Notes: a model not told the origin generated them from the letters alone. A DNA stretch of 53,251 bases from Bacteriovoracaceae bacterium (GCA_018649885.1 JABIHA010000105.1:1-53251), one strand, 5' to 3'; positions 18,767 to 28,422 are shown, counted from the stretch's first letter. Numbers and translations are program-made.

Positions 18767-19070
18767 GTGTGGCCTCCTTGGCAATTGGGTGAGTAGTTTT
18801 TTAGGCATATCAATCTCCCCATAAGAAAAATCTTATGAATTTGGTCATGTATCTGAGCTGATTAAATCATTGGCCTAAATTCCTGAGCAAAATAGACCAA
18901 TTAGCAGTAGAAAAATGCACTAAAAAATGAAATGCGCTCTACCATCCAGGGAGCCCATCGGAATATGAAAAAGCAAAAATGAGAATAATTACTCGAGGAG
19001 GGAGTAAAGTTTTCTGAAGAAGATTGAATTTTAAAATTTCTTTGCCAGGGGCAAAGCCACACACGCCTAT

Positions 19071-19097
19071 TCATCGGAGCTTTAAGCGTTTACTTTA
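19071..19097 (-). promoter_or_regulatory. Putative sigma28 (FliA) promoter facing the CARDB gene
   Basis: Minus strand TAAAGTAA-N11-TCCGATGA versus consensus TAAAGTTT-N11-GCCGATAA. Confidence 0.5.
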
Positions 19098-19173
19098 ATA
19101 TTTTTATAATTTCATAGGGATAGGACAAAAGTTCCCCATAATTGTTATAGTGGCGCAGAATACAAAAGCTTGC

Positions 19174-19186
19174 TAACCTATTGATA
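19174..19186 (-). promoter_or_regulatory. IHF binding site in the ihfA promoter region
   Basis: Minus strand TATCAATAGGTTA matches WATCAANNNNTTR exactly; overlaps a TTGCTA...TAATCT promoter-like element. Confidence 0.55.
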
Positions 19187-19237
19187 TAAAATAATCTCAA
19201 AGCCCGTGGTGTAAGAACCTTTTTTGGAGGATTGGCA

Positions 19238-19636
19238 ATGAGCATGACAAAAGCCGATATTGTAGAAAGAGTTTATAAGGAAGCTGGATTTTCCAAAAAG
19301 GAAGGAGCTGAACTTATTGACATGGTTTTTAGAATCATTAAAGAGACACTTGCTAAAGGTGAAAAAGTAAAGATCTCGGGATTTGGAAACTTCTCTATTA
19401 GAGACAAGGCCACTAGAATGGGGCGAAACCCTCAGACAGGCCAAAGTATGGAGATCTCTGCTAGAAGGGTTCTCACCTTTAAGCCGTCCCAGGTTCTCAA
19501 AGAGGATATTACCGCAAGGTTTGCTCATCGAATTAGTGATGATGGAAAAGAGGATACTTCTCTTCCAGCACAAGAGGGGCCATCTAGAGCGCTTAGTTCT
19601 TTTCTATCCAATACTGATGATGGAGACGATTACTAA
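19238..19636 (+). CDS. ihfA: Integration host factor alpha subunit with acidic C-terminal extension
   Basis: MTKADIVE, VKISGFGNF, GRNPQTG, ISARRVLTFKPSQVLK; GGAGG RBS; adjacent to a MerR gene as in the conserved ihfA-merR synteny. Confidence 0.92.
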   Translation: MSMTKADIVERVYKEAGFSKKEGAELIDMVFRIIKETLAKGEKVKISGFGNFSIRDKATRMGRNPQTGQSMEISARRVLTFKPSQVLKEDITARFAHRISDDGKEDTSLPAQEGPSRALSSFLSNTDDGDDY

Positions 19637-19667
19637 ATCTCAATTTTTGAAATAAATAATTATTAAG

Positions 19668-19696
19668 AGGTGTACTCAGGTACACCTTTTTTTTTT
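19668..19696 (+). terminator. Rho-independent terminator after ihfA
   Basis: aggtgtac-tcag-gtacacct followed by a T-run. Confidence 0.88.
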
Positions 19697-19780
19697 GCTG
19701 TGCTTTCCAAAGCATTTTTCTATACTTATACTATGAATAAGTAGTTGGGCTTTTTGGACCAACATTTCAAAAGGATCTGC

Positions 19781-20359
19781 ATGGAAGCAACGCCTAGTTC
19801 ACACATTGACAATCGCCATCACAATCAAAAGTCGCGTTTTCTGGCCGAGGAAATTTGTCAGATTGCGAATGTTAAGCCATATGTTCTCAGATTCTGGGAA
19901 AGTGAATTTGAAGAGATTCAGCCTGTGCTAGATTCAACAGGGAAAAAGTATTATGCATTTAAGGATCTTAAAGCGATCCAAATAATAAAAAAACTATTAG
20001 TAGATGAAAAATTGACTATAGAGCGTGCCAAGCTATACCTGGAAAAACTAAAAAAGTTTGGTTTTGATAAGCCAGGACATAAATTTGCCACCGTTAATAA
20101 AATTAGCAAACCGAAAAATCTAGGTGAGAAAAAAACTGCAGGAATAGGGCCAAAAAAGGGAAAGGTTATTCCACCTCTTCGTTCCACAGAAAAAAGAGAG
20201 CACAAGCAGCTGGTAGTTCAACAGGGTCTTGATGATTCTCAGACTCAAAAATTAATCCTTGCTAAGGCCAAATTAGAAAGTTTAGTTGGGATGGTTGATG
20301 CTCTCAAGAAGGGAAAAAACTTTCGTGAGAGCGTCTCTAGTTCCAGTATGACTCAATAA
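19781..20359 (+). CDS. MerR-family HTH transcriptional regulator
   Basis: VKPYVLRFWESEF..IQP....GKKYY...L..EKLTIERAK; start set at ATG 19781. Confidence 0.85.
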   Translation: MEATPSSHIDNRHHNQKSRFLAEEICQIANVKPYVLRFWESEFEEIQPVLDSTGKKYYAFKDLKAIQIIKKLLVDEKLTIERAKLYLEKLKKFGFDKPGHKFATVNKISKPKNLGEKKTAGIGPKKGKVIPPLRSTEKREHKQLVVQQGLDDSQTQKLILAKAKLESLVGMVDALKKGKNFRESVSSSSMTQ

Positions 20360-21211
20360 TACATCAGCATTTTGGGCATTAATTTGCTTTTTAAACTTAG
20401 CTATTAAGTAATCAACAAATTGATCAAGACTGTTCCAGTTGTTTCTCGATGTGCAATTTTTTAGCTTTTTTATGCGGTAACACAGCTGGGCCGAGGCCAA
20501 CTCAGGGTGGTTGATAAAAGGGTTAATTTCCTTTTCATGCTCGGAAATATTGGGCTCACTGAGTTCAGAGAGATCATCCAGAAGTTGAAAGGCAATACCG
20601 AGGTCTCTTCCCATGCGATGGGCCGACCAAAAAACTGAGCTTTTCCCACTAATAATACATGGACCTGCAAGGCAGAGTTGAAAAAGCCTGCCTGTTTTTA
20701 GAATATGTGTTGAAAGCAATTGATCAAAACCATTTTCAGCAAGGTGTGAAAGATCTTGCACTTGGCCTTGAATGAGACCTTTTGGTCCTAGGCCCCAGCC
20801 ATAATAATTGAGAAGTGCTCCAAGGTTTTGGCCTTTGATTTTTGAAAGTGCCTGATAGCTCAAATTAAGTAGTCCGTCCCCTGCAAGTGTGGCCTGCCAA
20901 AGTCCGTAGGCCTTATGGGTTGCGGGTTTTCCTCGACGCTCATCATCATCATCCATGCACGGTAAGTCATCGTGAACAAGAGTGTAGGTATGATGTATTT
21001 CTGTGCTGAGGGCCAAATGGACAAAATCGGAGGAGTTGGGATCTAGCCCTAGATCGCAGGCCATAGTATTTACTAGCAGTGGTCTTAGTAGTTTCCCAGT
21101 GGGAAAAAGTGCATATTTGTAAACTTCTGCAAACGAGTCTGCAGGAAGAGAGTGCTCTAAATATTCTTTTAACTTGGTCTGTAGGTATTGTCGTTTTTGA
21201 TCAAAATTCAT
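20282..21211 (-). CDS. ispA: Polyprenyl (farnesyl/geranylgeranyl) diphosphate synthase
   Basis: GKLLRP, HTYTLVHDDLPCMDDDDERRGKP (FARM), LAGDGL, GQVQD, LKTG, AFQLLDD. Confidence 0.88.
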   Translation of the reverse strand: MNFDQKRQYLQTKLKEYLEHSLPADSFAEVYKYALFPTGKLLRPLLVNTMACDLGLDPNSSDFVHLALSTEIHHTYTLVHDDLPCMDDDDERRGKPATHKAYGLWQATLAGDGLLNLSYQALSKIKGQNLGALLNYYGWGLGPKGLIQGQVQDLSHLAENGFDQLLSTHILKTGRLFQLCLAGPCIISGKSSVFWSAHRMGRDLGIAFQLLDDLSELSEPNISEHEKEINPFINHPELASAQLCYRIKKLKNCTSRNNWNSLDQFVDYLIAKFKKQINAQNADVLLSHTGTRDALTKVFSLLESINHPN

Positions 21212-21249
21212 CCCACACATTTATCATTAATTGAGTGGTATGAGAATTC

Positions 21250-22170
21250 TTATTGGCTTGATGGGATAGGGCGGCTTACCGTTCCTGTCACTCTTAGCAT
21301 GTAAAATCCATTTTCCATTTTAATTTTCTGCAAAAATATATTGAGTATAGAAAAATCGTCTAAAAATTCCTTACTAAAATTGACCTTCCCAGTCAGGTTA
21401 AGTCTGGAGTTTTTCATTGATCTTGGGTTGATATCTATAGTCCCTTTGAAAGTTGCTCTAATAGGCGAGTGAGCATTACCCAGATCGAGATTATCAAAAG
21501 TGAGCTTTTGATTATTGTATTTGCCTTTTACAACACCGGTTCCAAGAACAAGAGAGGGGACATCAAAGCCAGAGATAGTTTGGGGGGGGATTTCAAGGCC
21601 TTTAAGATCTAGTTTAAAAGTTCCACTGGAAAGCGATGAATTTTTTACATTGCCTAGAGCATTGAGGGAGCCTATTCCTCTAATTTTGAAAACATCCTCA
21701 TAGAGATTTTTAAAATCTGAGAAGTGAAAAATTGCACTAGGAACACTTATGACCTGCTCTTTGGGACCAATTGTTGAATAAACTTCAAACTTCGATTTGT
21801 TGACGCCAGCTTGGGTGAGAAGCTTTACACCAAAAGGTGAGAAACCAGGTCCTCTGAATTTTATAGCGAGCTCATCTAATTTAATTTCTTTACCCCCAAT
21901 ACAGCGGCCAGATACACTTGGAGTACGTAAATTTAGATTTGGTAAAAATAAGAAATTAAGTGAGAGCTCTTTATAGGCGATATTACAATTTTTTACTCCT
22001 GAAATGGCCTTTTGTATTTTGCCCTCAATAACTTGTGTTAAGGGGAAATTAAAAAGAAAGCCTAGAGTGATACATAGAAGAACCAAGAATATCCACTTAA
22101 GAATACCAATGGGAGGAGTTTCATAGTGTTCGGGAAGTAATTGGTTTTCAGAGACTCTTTGTTTGGACAT
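21250..22170 (-). CDS. gspN: Type II secretion protein N (deltaproteobacterial type)
   Basis: N-terminal TM followed by NFP motif, beta-rich body, C-terminal L.V.GT...P; last gene of the gsp cluster. Confidence 0.75.
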   Translation of the reverse strand: MSKQRVSENQLLPEHYETPPIGILKWIFLVLLCITLGFLFNFPLTQVIEGKIQKAISGVKNCNIAYKELSLNFLFLPNLNLRTPSVSGRCIGGKEIKLDELAIKFRGPGFSPFGVKLLTQAGVNKSKFEVYSTIGPKEQVISVPSAIFHFSDFKNLYEDVFKIRGIGSLNALGNVKNSSLSSGTFKLDLKGLEIPPQTISGFDVPSLVLGTGVVKGKYNNQKLTFDNLDLGNAHSPIRATFKGTIDINPRSMKNSRLNLTGKVNFSKEFLDDFSILNIFLQKIKMENGFYMLRVTGTVSRPIPSSQ

Positions 22171-22176
22171 GTTGGG

Positions 22177-22809
22177 TTAGCCTTCAGTTTTAGTAGATTT
22201 ACCAAGATGCTTGACTCTCAAATTTCCCTTGAGAAGTTTTGAAGCCTCAATTCTTTCGACTTCAATATTTAGCACTGACATTTTTTCTTTTTGAGTCAAG
22301 GCTTCTAAAAGAGAGGCGAAATCCATCAATGTGAGTTTATCAAATTTTAAATCACTTTCCATTATCCCAAGGCCTTTTATACTTTCATTGATTTCGAAGT
22401 TGGCCAGGTGGATATTATTTAAATCCACTCCACTAGCTGAAAGTATTCCTTTCAGCTTATTTGAGAGCTCATTTTTACTCTTTATAGCATTGCCTCTAAA
22501 TATTCTTCTGGATCCACTTTCCACTTCTGCTCTTTGAGTTTTTAGAAAATTTGCCAGTTCTAAAATTTCGGTTTTACTCTGAATATTTCTTCTCAGTGAA
22601 AAGTTGCTGTAAAAAAAGAGCAGTAGTAGGGTGGTTGGGATCAAAAGGAGAATAATTGTGGCCACTTGATTCAAAATATTTCTAGGTTCTTCATCAAGGT
22701 TTCCTAGAAGTTCTGAGACTTTTGAATAGGGATTAGTTTCTTTAATAGCATCAACTTGCCTAAAGAGAACTTCATCAATTTTTCTAAAAATGGGTGTTCT
22801 TTCACTCAT
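22177..22809 (-). CDS. gspM: Type II secretion protein M-like
   Basis: TM, coiled coil and ferredoxin-like C-terminus; lies between gspL and gspN. Confidence 0.65.
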   Translation of the reverse strand: MSERTPIFRKIDEVLFRQVDAIKETNPYSKVSELLGNLDEEPRNILNQVATIILLLIPTTLLLLFFYSNFSLRRNIQSKTEILELANFLKTQRAEVESGSRRIFRGNAIKSKNELSNKLKGILSASGVDLNNIHLANFEINESIKGLGIMESDLKFDKLTLMDFASLLEALTQKEKMSVLNIEVERIEASKLLKGNLRVKHLGKSTKTEG

Positions 22810-22812
22810 AGT

Positions 22813-24396
22813 CTATATTCCAAAATTAACGGTGAGCTTTTTATCAACTTTATTAAGCTCTAGTAATGGAGCTCCTAAAGAAGTTGCTTTTATCTTTTTT
22901 TGAACTTTCTGTAGATGAGTTACATCCTTTGCTGAAAGTACGGCCTTTGTGACTTCTCCATCTGATTTAAAATAAATGAGGGTGACATCAGGGTATGCTG
23001 CAAAAAGTGAGCTAACTTCAGATAGAGGGTATAGAGCATTAATACTTGTAGAAGAGTTGATAGTTGAAATCTCCTGCTCTATACCTTTGTGTCCAGATTT
23101 TAATTTTCTAAGGATAAGACCTGGAGAATGGGCAATCTTTTTTCTTAAAGTTGGTCCAATGGCGAGGCTTGGAGTTTTTAATACTTTGCTAAGTCTAATA
23201 TTTAAATTTTTGTCATCACTTCTTAGAAAAAATCTTTCAGTAAGAAGAGACAGTAGTAAAACTGTCATGACAATTCCAATACGGAGTCCAATATAGGTTG
23301 CAGAGTGTAGTGGGATATCTTCAAATTGTTTGGAAGAGTAAATTCCAGATCGCAGGTTGAGAGGCTTACTCTTATTTTCGAAACTAAGAGCAAGAATATT
23401 AACCATGTCATAACTTCTAAATTTTTTGGCATCAAGGTTAATATTTACTAGCCGTGAGTTTTCACTACTTTTTAAGTGGAGGGTTCTAATCCCCAAAGAT
23501 TCTGCCAGAAAATTGGCCATATTTTTAATTTTAGAAGTTCCACCGGTTATAAAAATATTTCTGATATGATGACCGGTATCAACTCTATAACCTAATTCCC
23601 ATCTTCTAAAATCAGTAACAAAATTTTGAAATATTTTTTTCATCAAAAGACCAAACTCTTTTTGATCTTCATCAACTTTGTCGTATTGAGACTCAGTTAG
23701 AAAAAAGCAATTCTTATGTTTATAAATAAGAGCATCTTCTTCTGAAATTCGATATGTTTGGCTAAGAACTTCAGTGATTAATTGCCCACCAGTTCCAGAG
23801 TAATTAACTGAAACGAGTATTTTATTGTAGAAGAAAAAGGCCTTTGTAGTGTCATGACCAAAGTCGATGATCGCAAACTCACCATCCATGTGGTGTGCCT
23901 GAACATAATCTTGTACTACAGATGAAGCCGTTGTAATGGAATCAGGCAGAGTTCCCTTTGAAGAAAAGCTGTCAAAATATTGCTCCCATGAGTCTCGACT
24001 CGTTATGGATACCAAGGCGTGGCTTTTCTTATCAAGCGAGTTTAATTTTGCCTTGTAATGGGTGTCTGCAATATTGAAGGGTAGGTTATCTTCTAATTGA
24101 AAAGGAATTAGAGCTTCAGCTTTTTTCTTATTTTCAATGGGTAAGTACAAAATTCTGTTGGTGTAATGATTGGGAGCTAAAATAAAAGCACTTCTTCCTT
24201 CAAAGTTTCTTTCTTTAATATAGGATTTTATGATTTTGAAATGTATTTCATCAATTGAAGTATTCTCAGGAAATTGATCGGAGATTTCATTAATGATAAT
24301 TTCTTCACAGTGATCTATGCTCACTTTCTTCTTAGTGAGTTCACCTTCAAATATCTTGATGGAAAAAGTTCCGGGGTCGATGGCCAGTATTTTCAT
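22813..24396 (-). CDS. gspL: Type II secretion protein L / PilM-like actin-fold protein
   Basis: ILAIDPGTFSIK, IIDFGH..T and ITGGTSKIKN actin-like motifs, then TM and periplasmic part. Confidence 0.8.
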   Translation of the reverse strand: MKILAIDPGTFSIKIFEGELTKKKVSIDHCEEIIINEISDQFPENTSIDEIHFKIIKSYIKERNFEGRSAFILAPNHYTNRILYLPIENKKKAEALIPFQLEDNLPFNIADTHYKAKLNSLDKKSHALVSITSRDSWEQYFDSFSSKGTLPDSITTASSVVQDYVQAHHMDGEFAIIDFGHDTTKAFFFYNKILVSVNYSGTGGQLITEVLSQTYRISEEDALIYKHKNCFFLTESQYDKVDEDQKEFGLLMKKIFQNFVTDFRRWELGYRVDTGHHIRNIFITGGTSKIKNMANFLAESLGIRTLHLKSSENSRLVNINLDAKKFRSYDMVNILALSFENKSKPLNLRSGIYSSKQFEDIPLHSATYIGLRIGIVMTVLLLSLLTERFFLRSDDKNLNIRLSKVLKTPSLAIGPTLRKKIAHSPGLILRKLKSGHKGIEQEISTINSSTSINALYPLSEVSSLFAAYPDVTLIYFKSDGEVTKAVLSAKDVTHLQKVQKKIKATSLGAPLLELNKVDKKLTVNFGI

Positions 24397-24453
24397 ATAT
24401 TTATTTTAACAAACTTTATTCATAAGCTAAACGGCATTGTTTACCATATGTTT

Positions 24454-25806
24454 TTAGTCTCCTTTTAGTTCAAGTGTTCTAGGATTTAGAAGCTCTAGTG
24501 GAGGTGGAGTAGGTGTTCCCGTCGCCGTTGGACTAGGGGTCGCCTGTGCAGTTGCGTCAGAATTAGAGTTGCTATTACTGGAAGGCGTGGGTGTCGGTGT
24601 TGGGAGCGGTTTTGCAGGAAGGGCGACAAATGAGCTAATTGTGTACTCTGCCCTTCCATATTTTCCAGTAGAAAAAATCTGAAAAAGTGATGATTTGGCC
24701 CCAAATTTCAGACCAGCTTTCTCAAACTCTTTTTCACGTTTTTCGAATTCTGCTTTGGTCATGACGTTGGCGGTACTTGTAATATAGGTTTTAAAGTCAT
24801 CTAGTGTTTCGAAGTAGTGGGTAAGGCCATCTTCGTCACCATCTCGGTATTTAAAAAAATCCTCAACTTGTTCTTCTCCCATTTCAGGAAATAGTAATTT
24901 GAGAGTCTTGTCGGTGATTTTGTTAATATCAATTGTGACTGCTCCGTGAACGGTCACAGAATTTTTAATTAACTCGACTATCTCATCTGCCCAATCAGGT
25001 AGTAGATAAAGCTCAGATAGTGAAGTCATTGGTCCGTGTTTGGGTTGTAAACTAATACGGTCAAATTTGTCAGGCATTGCGCTCACGAAATGGTCGTCAT
25101 AGGACTCTTTGTCACTAACATAGTATTTAATTGTTGCAATCAACTCTTCCGGATCTAAATGGCCAAAGAGCTCTGAAAATCGATCCCCATCTTTTTCATC
25201 TTCTTTTTTCTCTTCCATTGCTTGTTTCAGCATCTTCACTAATTCATTATCAATATTTACTACATCAGTGCTACCATCAGATGAATTGCTACTTGAGTCA
25301 GTAGTGTTCGAATTATCTGTCCCATTGGGATCATTTTGACTGACAGCACTTTTTACTCTTAAGAGGTTTAGGTTAATTTTCTGAGACTCATTAGTGATCA
25401 CTACTTGCATTTCGCCATTGACGAGAGTTTCTTTTTCAAATTCCTCAAGTGCAGATTTTTGAATTAAATTAGCACCTTCTCCCAAATCAATAGGGTATTT
25501 GAAAGGCTGGTCCCAAATGAAATTGAGAACTTCATGTTTAACGACTTTTTTGGCATCTTTATTTTTCTCAAGTAAGTTTCTGCCTTCTTTATAGAGTCTG
25601 AGACGCGCCATCGCTAGGCTAATTCCGGCTTCGGCATTGAGCTTGGCCTGGGAGCGATCTTGTTGATTGTAGATTTTGAGTCGATTGACCTTGGTATCAA
25701 AAGTAAATGTGGCCAAAACCACAGTTAAAATGGCAATAGCAGAAAGCACCATCATCAAGGCGACTCCGCTATCACTTTTAATAATTTTAACTATACCTTT
25801 TGCCAT
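24454..25806 (-). CDS. gspK: Type II secretion minor pseudopilin K
   Basis: G-VALMMVL prepilin-like start, AEAG, ESQKINLN, SLSELYLL, IDIN motifs. Confidence 0.9.
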   Translation of the reverse strand: MAKGIVKIIKSDSGVALMMVLSAIAILTVVLATFTFDTKVNRLKIYNQQDRSQAKLNAEAGISLAMARLRLYKEGRNLLEKNKDAKKVVKHEVLNFIWDQPFKYPIDLGEGANLIQKSALEEFEKETLVNGEMQVVITNESQKINLNLLRVKSAVSQNDPNGTDNSNTTDSSSNSSDGSTDVVNIDNELVKMLKQAMEEKKEDEKDGDRFSELFGHLDPEELIATIKYYVSDKESYDDHFVSAMPDKFDRISLQPKHGPMTSLSELYLLPDWADEIVELIKNSVTVHGAVTIDINKITDKTLKLLFPEMGEEQVEDFFKYRDGDEDGLTHYFETLDDFKTYITSTANVMTKAEFEKREKEFEKAGLKFGAKSSLFQIFSTGKYGRAEYTISSFVALPAKPLPTPTPTPSSNSNSNSDATAQATPSPTATGTPTPPPLELLNPRTLELKGD

Positions 25807-25823
25807 GGTTTTTTGTTTGCTAC

Positions 25824-26633
25824 CTATTTCTTTTTAGATTTTGGGTCTTCTTTTTCTTCTTCAAAATAAGGCCACAAAGGCCTATATGTTTTTTCAACTT
25901 CCTCTTCATGTCCCTCAGCTGTGATCCATTTAAAGGAAACTTTGAGAGATCTTATTATATTTCTTTCATTTTTATCTTGGATATCACGCAGCCTATCTAC
26001 AAATTTTTCCTTCTTTTTGTCCCAGAACTCAAATTTAAATTCTTTTAGTCTTCTTAAGATGATGTAACTTCTTATTCTTGAATAATCTCTTTTTTCCTCT
26101 CCGAATGGATTTTCAGAGACAAAGTAGCGAACCAGTTGATTCAGGCCTTGGTCTTTTTCATCTTTAGAGTCCATTCTCTCGTATTTGTACTTAACCCATG
26201 AATAATCAGATTGCTTCACATTTTCAACCCTTCTTCTGTTGGCACTTGTTAAGAATTCAAGTTCTTCTTTACTCTCTTGCTTGATTTTGGGAATTTGAAG
26301 ACCATCTGCAGAGTAGCCATAGAAGTTATCATTGTTTCGAAATTTTTCTAGGTCACTGTTAGAGTTACCATTGTAATTATTGCCATTACTGGTAGCTTTC
26401 TTTTTTTCTTCAGAGAAATATAGAGGTGAATAAATTTGGCCAATATCCCAAGCAATTCTTGAAAGCCCTGTGTAGACAGCTAGTTTTTCATTGTCTTCTG
26501 CTGTAACTTTAATACTGGTATCCACACTATTGTTAACAATTGTGACGACTCCGATACTAATAAATGCCAAAATGGTAATACTTATTAGTATTTCCATTAG
26601 TGTAAAACCATTTTGACCGAGTAACTTTTTCAA
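25824..26633 (-). CDS. gspJ: Type II secretion minor pseudopilin J
   Basis: G-FTLMEILI prepilin motif; cluster position. Confidence 0.85.
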   Translation of the reverse strand: MKKLLGQNGFTLMEILISITILAFISIGVVTIVNNSVDTSIKVTAEDNEKLAVYTGLSRIAWDIGQIYSPLYFSEEKKKATSNGNNYNGNSNSDLEKFRNNDNFYGYSADGLQIPKIKQESKEELEFLTSANRRRVENVKQSDYSWVKYKYERMDSKDEKDQGLNQLVRYFVSENPFGEEKRDYSRIRSYIILRRLKEFKFEFWDKKKEKFVDRLRDIQDKNERNIIRSLKVSFKWITAEGHEEEVEKTYRPLWPYFEEEKEDPKSKKK

Positions 26634-26634
26634 T

Positions 26635-27168
26635 CTAAATTTCCATTTTTATTTTTGCTTTATAGTTATACAACCAAGTTGTCAGCGAATAGTGGTACTT
26701 TGTTTCTTTATTTCTTACAGTGACCTTAACTTGCCAAACCATTTCTTCAAGATTTTTCTTCATTTTGTCATACACAAGCTTTTTATATTTTGCGTCTGTG
26801 CTGACTTCTTCTTCATCCTCTGGTTTTCCTTGAATTTTTGCCAGGTCAGGAATCTTTAATTTTTTGTATTCAATTTCGTACTGGTAGTTCTTATGATTTT
26901 CGAAGGGTTTTATATCAGGAGCTGCAGTCATGGCCTCACGAAATTCAGGTGGGTTCACTATTAATTCGTTAATTTTATCTTCACAAAGATTGTGGAGTAA
27001 GAGCTCTTCATTATAGTTGGTGCTATCCAGTAGGTTATTTCCCTGGGCAACCATATAAGCACCAATAAAAAGGGAAAAGATGGTGATGGCAATCATCACC
27101 TCCATAAGTGTAAAACCTGATTGATTTGGAAATTTATTGAAGGGGGTGCCCCGCCGTCCAGTTTTCAT
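26635..27168 (-). CDS. gspI: Type II secretion minor pseudopilin I
   Basis: G-FTLMEVMIA prepilin motif; start uncertain (ATG 27168 chosen). Confidence 0.82.
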   Translation of the reverse strand: MKTGRRGTPFNKFPNQSGFTLMEVMIAITIFSLFIGAYMVAQGNNLLDSTNYNEELLLHNLCEDKINELIVNPPEFREAMTAAPDIKPFENHKNYQYEIEYKKLKIPDLAKIQGKPEDEEEVSTDAKYKKLVYDKMKKNLEEMVWQVKVTVRNKETKYHYSLTTWLYNYKAKIKMEI

Positions 27169-27829
27169 AAATCTCTTTTGCTTTACTTTGGTGAATATCA
27201 TCTAGTTCATCTTGATCAGAGCTTTGGATGGGGTGATAGTCTACACTTACACCCGCCATAAATGGCTCTGCCACGATGGTCACAATTTCTTCGTCTGTAC
27301 CAAGTATTATAATGCTACTATCTTTTTCACCTGTTGGATAAAAGTAGATGGCTGCATTTGAGTCATTAATAAACTTATTTCGAATATTTGTGGCCACTCC
27401 TATAATAGTGACTAGATCATTGACCTCACTTTCTTCCTCAGAAAATTCTGTCACTGGTTGAAACTGACTATTTAGATCTTCTAATCTTTTATCGAGTGCT
27501 TCTTTGTCTCTGATAGAAAGGCCTCTTTCTTCATTATAAACAGAAAAATCTGGAAGAATCAGTCCTGTTTTGGGCCCATACTCCACCACATATTTTGCTG
27601 GAGTGGCCTCCATATCAATTCGGAGTCTTACGATGGAGCCCCTTAGTATCGATTCATCGAGTCCAATTTGTAGTGATCTTCTTAGGTCTCCACTTACTTC
27701 TTCAAGTGCACCTCGGGTTGAGCTTTGAAATGGGTTAGGTATGATGGTTAAGATCATCGCCATCAAGGCCATGGCGATGAGGATCTCTATGAGGGTAAAA
27801 CCCTTTTGTGATAAAAGCTTCTTCGGCAT
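27134..27829 (-). CDS. gspH: Type II secretion minor pseudopilin H
   Basis: G-FTLIEILIA; IYFYPTG motif. Confidence 0.85.
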   Translation of the reverse strand: MPKKLLSQKGFTLIEILIAMALMAMILTIIPNPFQSSTRGALEEVSGDLRRSLQIGLDESILRGSIVRLRIDMEATPAKYVVEYGPKTGLILPDFSVYNEERGLSIRDKEALDKRLEDLNSQFQPVTEFSEEESEVNDLVTIIGVATNIRNKFINDSNAAIYFYPTGEKDSSIIILGTDEEIVTIVAEPFMAGVSVDYHPIQSSDQDELDDIHQSKAKEIYENWTAGHPLQ

Positions 27830-27867
27830 GGTCCTCGCAATGAAGTTGTCACAATTTAATAAGGTAT

Positions 27868-28335
27868 TTATTTTTTAACATTTGATATATCAGTATCAAA
27901 TCCATCGCCGCCTTCAACGCCGTCTTCTCCAAAGGAGACTATGGTATATTTTTTTCCATCAGACTTATAATCGTATTCGTTGTCCCATGGATCAAGTGGA
28001 ATTTCGCCTCCGTCAATATAGCCATTGGGAGCGTAGCGTTTACATTCTTTTCCAGTTGTAGGTTTTTCTACCAGAGCGTCGAGTTTTTGCTCTGTTGTCG
28101 GGTAGTAGTTACAATGTCTTCTAAATTCATTTAGTCTGTCTTTCAGACTATTGATCTGGATTCTTGCGGCACTTACCTTTCCCTCACTAAGTTGATCAAA
28201 TATTTTTCCCACGACAAAAGTACCCGCAATGGCGAGTAGGGACAGGCCAATAAGAATTTCAATGAGAGAAAACCCTTGCTGGCTTTTTAAAATTTGTTTC
28301 ATCAATTTAGTATCATTTTTCATTTTCATTTTCAT
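27868..28335 (-). CDS. gspG: Type II secretion major pseudopilin G
   Basis: G-FSLIEIL, YPTTEQ.L.ALV.KP, PLDPWDNEY.Y, SFGEDG..GG.G.D.DI. Confidence 0.95.
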   Translation of the reverse strand: MKMKMKNDTKLMKQILKSQQGFSLIEILIGLSLLAIAGTFVVGKIFDQLSEGKVSAARIQINSLKDRLNEFRRHCNYYPTTEQKLDALVEKPTTGKECKRYAPNGYIDGGEIPLDPWDNEYDYKSDGKKYTIVSFGEDGVEGGDGFDTDISNVKK

Positions 28336-28393
28336 TGCACCTCTAAACCAGAATTGGACACACTCACAGTACTTGCTCCACTGCAGTCAGCTG

Positions 28394-28422
28394 ATTGTAG
28401 CAAATTTTTGAAGTGAGGTCGA
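28394..28422 (-). promoter_or_regulatory. Internal sigma70-type promoter upstream of gspG
   Basis: Minus strand TCGACC-N17-TACAAT with TG extended -10, in the 222-bp gspF-gspG gap. Confidence 0.5.

Noticed and set aside
19040..19066. GGCAAAGCC motif suggestive of a c-di-GMP-I (GEMM) riboswitch
   Set aside because: No GNRA tetraloop/receptor second hairpin in the right arrangement on either strand; only a simple CTTTGCC/GGCAAAG hairpin
28318..28335. (ATGAAA)x3 at the gspG start as a phase-variable repeat
   Set aside because: 6-bp unit is in frame and only changes prepilin leader length
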